From Saccostrea cucullata (Eukaryota): a stretch of DNA of 64,000 nt. The position numbers and the translations under genes are program-made. Location of the stretch: assembly GCF_032062105.1 (NCBI RefSeq), contig NW_026937256.1, positions 496,001-560,000 of the forward strand, in the 5' to 3' direction. Of the stretch, positions 62,393-64,000 are shown piece by piece. A model generated the notes under the pieces. It was not told where the DNA came from. It worked only from the letters and a program-made list of their open reading frames with translations, and ran no database searches. Each line of letters begins with the position of its first letter. Position 1 is the stretch's first letter.

Positions 62393-62783
62393 GATACATT
62401 TATTTCTTTGTTTATATTCCACTGACCTATACGATGACCTTTACCTTGAAAACAGAAACAGGACAATACTTTCTGAAGGTCACGTAAGTCTACATTTTTG
62501 TGATATGCCTCTAATATTCAACCATTCTGATTTTAAATGTTATTTACATGGTTTATAGCTTATATTTAGTTTGGCTACTTTGGAAAGTCCAAATTCAGCG
62601 AATGTCATGAGATACATTTATTTATTTGTTTATTCCACTGACCTATAAGATGACCTTTACCTAGAAAACAGAAACAGGACAAAACTGTGAAGATCTTTTT
62701 CTGAAGGTCACAAGTCTAAAGCTGTGTGAAGTGCTTTTAAGTTTATATAGCTTATATTTAGTTGGGTTACTCTGGAAAGTCCA
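62393..62783 (+). repeat. Diverged tandem duplication (~218-bp period)
   Basis: GATACATTTATTT..TTCCACTGACCTATA.GATGACCTTTACCT.GAAAACAGAAACAGGACAA..TAGCTTATATTTAGTT..GGAAAGTCCA occurs twice (62393 and 62611). Confidence 0.85.
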
Positions 62784-64000
62784 GTTGTCGCGAGATTTAG
62801 TAAATTAGAATTTGAGAGTTGAGTGAGAATTTTGGTAGAAATGTACCTATTGTGAGGGGGAGGGGGGTTATAGTGTCAGGAACTGAGAGTTAATTGAATC
62901 AGACACTCCATTAAAGATACATAAGATGTACTCATCACCACTTATATCCATATTATATCTCCACCCAACTTAGAATTTCCTTTATCAGTGCCTATAGATA
63001 TAAGGATATAATATGGCACTTTAAAAAGTAGAAAGATTCTTATGATGGAAATGGTCCTTTCTTGGATTATTACCACGGTATATTAAAATTACAAATTGCT
63101 GTTAATAATTTTCAGAGATAACACTGATGACATTTGTTCCTTATGCTATAGGACTAAGTCACAAAATATCAATGTTGCATGGGGCATAAATTATCAGATT
63201 ATCGTAAGGGCTTCACATTTCATGGGTGGATTCAGAAAAATACTGACAGTGCTTGCTACCTTTTTTTAAGCTGTGAATGCATTGTGGTGTCAAGTTTAGC
63301 CATTATTTTCAATTTGTACAAGGGTTGAAGACAGTTGTTTCGACACCAGTGATTAATGACCAAGTTAAATTGATTGCAGTAAACTTTTGTGCCCATAGAC
63401 CTAATTCTTGTTTTGATTTAACTCAGATGCAACTTGACAATTTTAAAGGAAAATCCTAGAGTCATTTGAGCTAGTAAAAAAGCTTTATTAGTCAGAAAAA
63501 AAAGTTTTCAGAAGATTCAGCTGCTATTATTTGTCTGAAGAAATGAAATTATTTTGATAATCTTTTATGTGCAAAATAAAGACAGTGCTTATTTTAAAAT
63601 TTAAAACCAGAATGCCCTTTCTCAATCCTTCCATTGGTTCAGGTTTTTTTTTTATTTCAAATCAGGAATGTTCATTTGATAAATCTATTAAATTATAATA
63701 ATCATTTCTATACCTTTTTCCACACTTTTTGATTTTTTCTGCAAAAGCTGCAATATTAATTCCCATACTAACAACCAAAAAAGTATTTTTTATTTTATTT
63801 TAAAACTACTTAAAAACATATTTGTTTGAATACTGATTTAAGAGCTACACAAAAGTACTCACATACATTTTGGATCTTGCTTCATAAGTCATATATCTTG
63901 GTTCTGACCAGTTCAGATGTGAAACATGATGTACTTGGTTAACACGAGATATAGGTGATAGTTTGTTGTCCTGTTGAAACCCTTCACACTGCCATAAAAG

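Noticed and set aside
28300-63460. Remaining 60-105 aa ORFs in the track, including those spanning N gaps or the (GA)n run
   Set aside because: Low-complexity AT-rich translations with no recognisable domains or consistent splice structure.

Overview
Eukaryotic, AT-rich genomic DNA with GT-AG introns. The repeat landscape (non-autonomous Helentron/HINE elements carrying satellite arrays, Cg170-like fragments, Penelope-like RT) points to an oyster-like bivalve, which is an inference. I assembled three + strand genes by hand: (1) a complete 8-exon, 326-aa retinol-dehydrogenase-like SDR (380-6033); (2) a complete 30-exon, 1177-aa nodal modulator NOMO (9379-25215); (3) the first two small coding exons (31908-31950, 44941-45007) of a long-intron gene whose N-terminus resembles MYRF and which continues beyond the window. 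Introns and intergenic DNA hold many MITE/foldback elements, nested Helentron derivatives and a decayed Penelope-like retroelement. There are two N gaps. The most striking observation is that three NOMO introns begin with tandem amplifications of their own exon/intron junction, producing arrays of spare 5' splice sites; one is in-frame and shaped like AG|GT ratchet points. Also notable are an interleaved A-B-A'-B' inverted-repeat structure in NOMO intron 1, a dimeric ~147-bp satellite rich in AGGTCA direct repeats, and a candidate antisense non-coding exon. All calls come from manual reading; no searches were run.
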